A stretch of 39,921 nucleotides of DNA from Octopus bimaculoides (lineage: Eukaryota), in assembly GCF_001194135.2 (NCBI RefSeq), contig NC_068995.1:42026425-42066345 (forward strand). Direction: 5' to 3'. A program made the position numbers and the translations under genes. Under the pieces are notes generated by a model. It did no database searches. It saw only the letters and a program-made list of their open reading frames with translations, and was not told the origin of the DNA. The stretch's first letter is position 1. Every line of letters begins with the position of its first letter. Positions 37,359 to 39,921 of this stretch are shown here, one piece after another.

Positions 37359-38543
37359 TCAAATATTTATTTATCCTACGCATTAGAGATAGTTCCATGA
37401 CCTTTTCGTTATTAGATATCTTGAAAACATTGTGGATCAACTCTGTTGAGACTGTAGGGAAGCGGAGGAGTTGATGCCTTTCACATGGGATACGTAATGT
37501 TACTATAGACAAACCAAGGTAAGATGCATGCATAAACGAAGGGGTGCAGAAAAGTTCCTGGCTTTAAGGGTATTACGAAATGCCTAGATGGCGGCCCAAA
37601 TTTCTGAGTTCTTTTACAGGGCATAGAAAAAATCTGAAGGGCTGCTTCAGTAAGTGTGTGAATCTGAGAGGGGAATATGTTCGTTAAAGTCATAATTAAA
37701 CTGATTCTCCTGTATTTTCTTTTATGCAAAGCCAGGAACTTTACGGCAAAACCGCGCGCGTGCGTGTGCGTGTGTGCGTGTGCGTGTGCGCGTGCGTGCG
37801 TGCGCGCGTGCGTGCGCGCGCGCGTTGGTAGTGCTTCGACGAATCTTTACTTAGAGTGATTCGCAAAAGGTTCAGCTATTTATATTTTATATATTCTACC
37901 ATGGCCGAACTAACATGGTTTTGAGTGTGTTCTAATTAGCAAATCGTTAANNNNNNNNNNNNNNNNNNNNNNNNNNNNNNNNNNNNNNNNNNNNNNNNNN
38001 NNNNNNNNNNNNNNNNNNNNNNNNNNNNNNNNNNNNNNNNNNNNNNNNNNNNNNNNNNNNNNNNNNNNNNNNNNNNNNNNNNNNNNNNNNNNNNNNNNNN
38101 NNNNNNNNNNNNNNNNNNNNNNNNNNNNNNNNNNNNNNNNNNNNNNNNNNNNNNNNNNNNNNNNNNNNNNNNNNNNNNNNNNNNNNNNNNNNNNNNNNNN
38201 NNNNNNNNNNNNNNNNNNNNNNNNNNNNNNNNNNNNNNNNNNNNNNNNNNNNNNNNNCACGTGTGTGTGTGTGTGTGTGAATGAGAGAGGCGGAGAAGGG
38301 AAGAAAAATAGAGGGGGCAATTTTCCACTATTCAGTATGGAAAGCGACTACTCCGAATTTTACAGGAATGTAAAATACGCGCCTAATTGTTACGCAACAT
38401 GAATCGATTTGCAGATGGCATAAATTCCAGACCATAAGCGAGCATCAAAGCCACTCACAAATATTGAACCTCGTATCTCTTGATAACCGGGCTTATGATA
38501 CCATAACTGAGCGAGTGAACCAGTTGTAGGAGAGGGGAGAGAA

Positions 38544-38577
<34 letters not shown>

Positions 38578-39873
38578 TGCGGTGGGGTAAGTGATTCCGT
38601 TCCTTGTGACTAAGACGATTTTTGTTACTTGATTATCATCCATACAGCAATCTAAACAGCGACATAGAAACTGAACTGACCACTTGCATCTACAGAAGCC
38701 AAAACTGTGGTCATTCAGAAATGTTAAATGACACAAAAACAGACCGGAATACAAGAATACGCCTCTCCGCGTGTCTCACATTGGTAAATCGTAATCCCAC
38801 ATTTATCTTGAATTTAATGAACCAATGAAGGAGACGTTACATTACAAATACCCAGCTAAAATTTCCCTTTAATCATTTACATATTAGGACATAATTAGAT
38901 AATTTATGCAGGAAAAATTAAGCATTACAACATGTAAAACTTGATATGATTAGAAATACATATTTTACGTTTCGGACGTTAGTTCATCTTCAAAAACAAC
39001 AAATAAGAAAAAGAAATGAGAAGAAAAGGAAACAGAAAAATTCAAAGGAAAAAGTACTGAAGGTAGAACATAGCGTAAAAAAGAGTGTATGGTCAGAACC
39101 GGAATATCAAGTTGGCAGATAGACAGCCAGACAAACAGATAGATAATATTGTTGTTTAGCCGTAGGTTAACCCCAACGAGTAAGAAGTGCAATGATTATA
39201 GACATTCCATCCATGGACATCCTGTTTTACTTTGTTTATTTATCTATATGCTATGAACCCATGACCAGATTATCAAACGTGTCCTGTATTTTGTAGCCTG
39301 AAGGGGATTCAAATACTCTTTCTGTCAGAAGAAGCGAAGCGAGCGCAAAGAAGGAGATCCGCCGCCGGCTCATCTCCATTTGTGACGCTTAGACGCGATG
39401 AATGGTTAAATGACAGTAACGGCTTCCTCTATCATATTATATATAATAAGCATCGGTAACGCGTTATGTCTTTGTCTCTTTTCACAGCAGAGAATCCGTT
39501 AATGTATATATACCCAACCGCCATCAACCCGACCAGCTCCACCATCTGCAGTCTTTACACTGGCAATCTGCTGTTATTACTGAGTTATAAAGAGTGTTGT
39601 TTATTAAGTTGCTAATGTTTTAAGAGAGAAAAATTAATCAGAAAAATCAGAAAGCTCTCTGGAATGAAATGCTTCTGTCCTTTTCATAAATAAATCGAAA
39701 CGTTTGCCTAAAGTTGAGTTACTTTCTTGGATAAATAGGTAAATATTTGTCGAAAAGCGTTTTATTAGATTTCTACATACATTCCATACATGTCCTTCCC
39801 TCCTTCCCTCCCTCCTCCCTCTCTCACACACACGTAAATGTGTGCGTATACAAACATAAACCTAAATGTATAA

Positions 39874-39921
<48 letters not shown>

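Overview
AT-rich, microsatellite-dense eukaryotic draft-assembly DNA with nine N gaps. The repeat families suggest an octopod cephalopod (inference). The window carries most of an Islet (ISL1/2-class LIM-homeobox) gene on the minus strand: the LIM2 exon (34441-34781), the homeodomain exon (31270-31556) and the LIM-binding-domain exon (8752-8931). The three exons join in frame through GT-AG sites. The LIM1/first exons and a vertebrate-type last exon were not found. The introns and flanks hold many tRNA-headed SINE-like copies of at least two families, a third dispersed repeat, fold-back elements and simple repeats. The most unusual signal is two different minimal type-I hammerhead-ribozyme-like motifs (8080-8119 and 20882-20918), of the kind known from Penelope-like elements. 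Both lie on the Islet sense strand, and one sits inside a perfect 66-bp fold-back just 3' of the last identifiable coding exon. Most entries in the ORF track are microsatellite artefacts.
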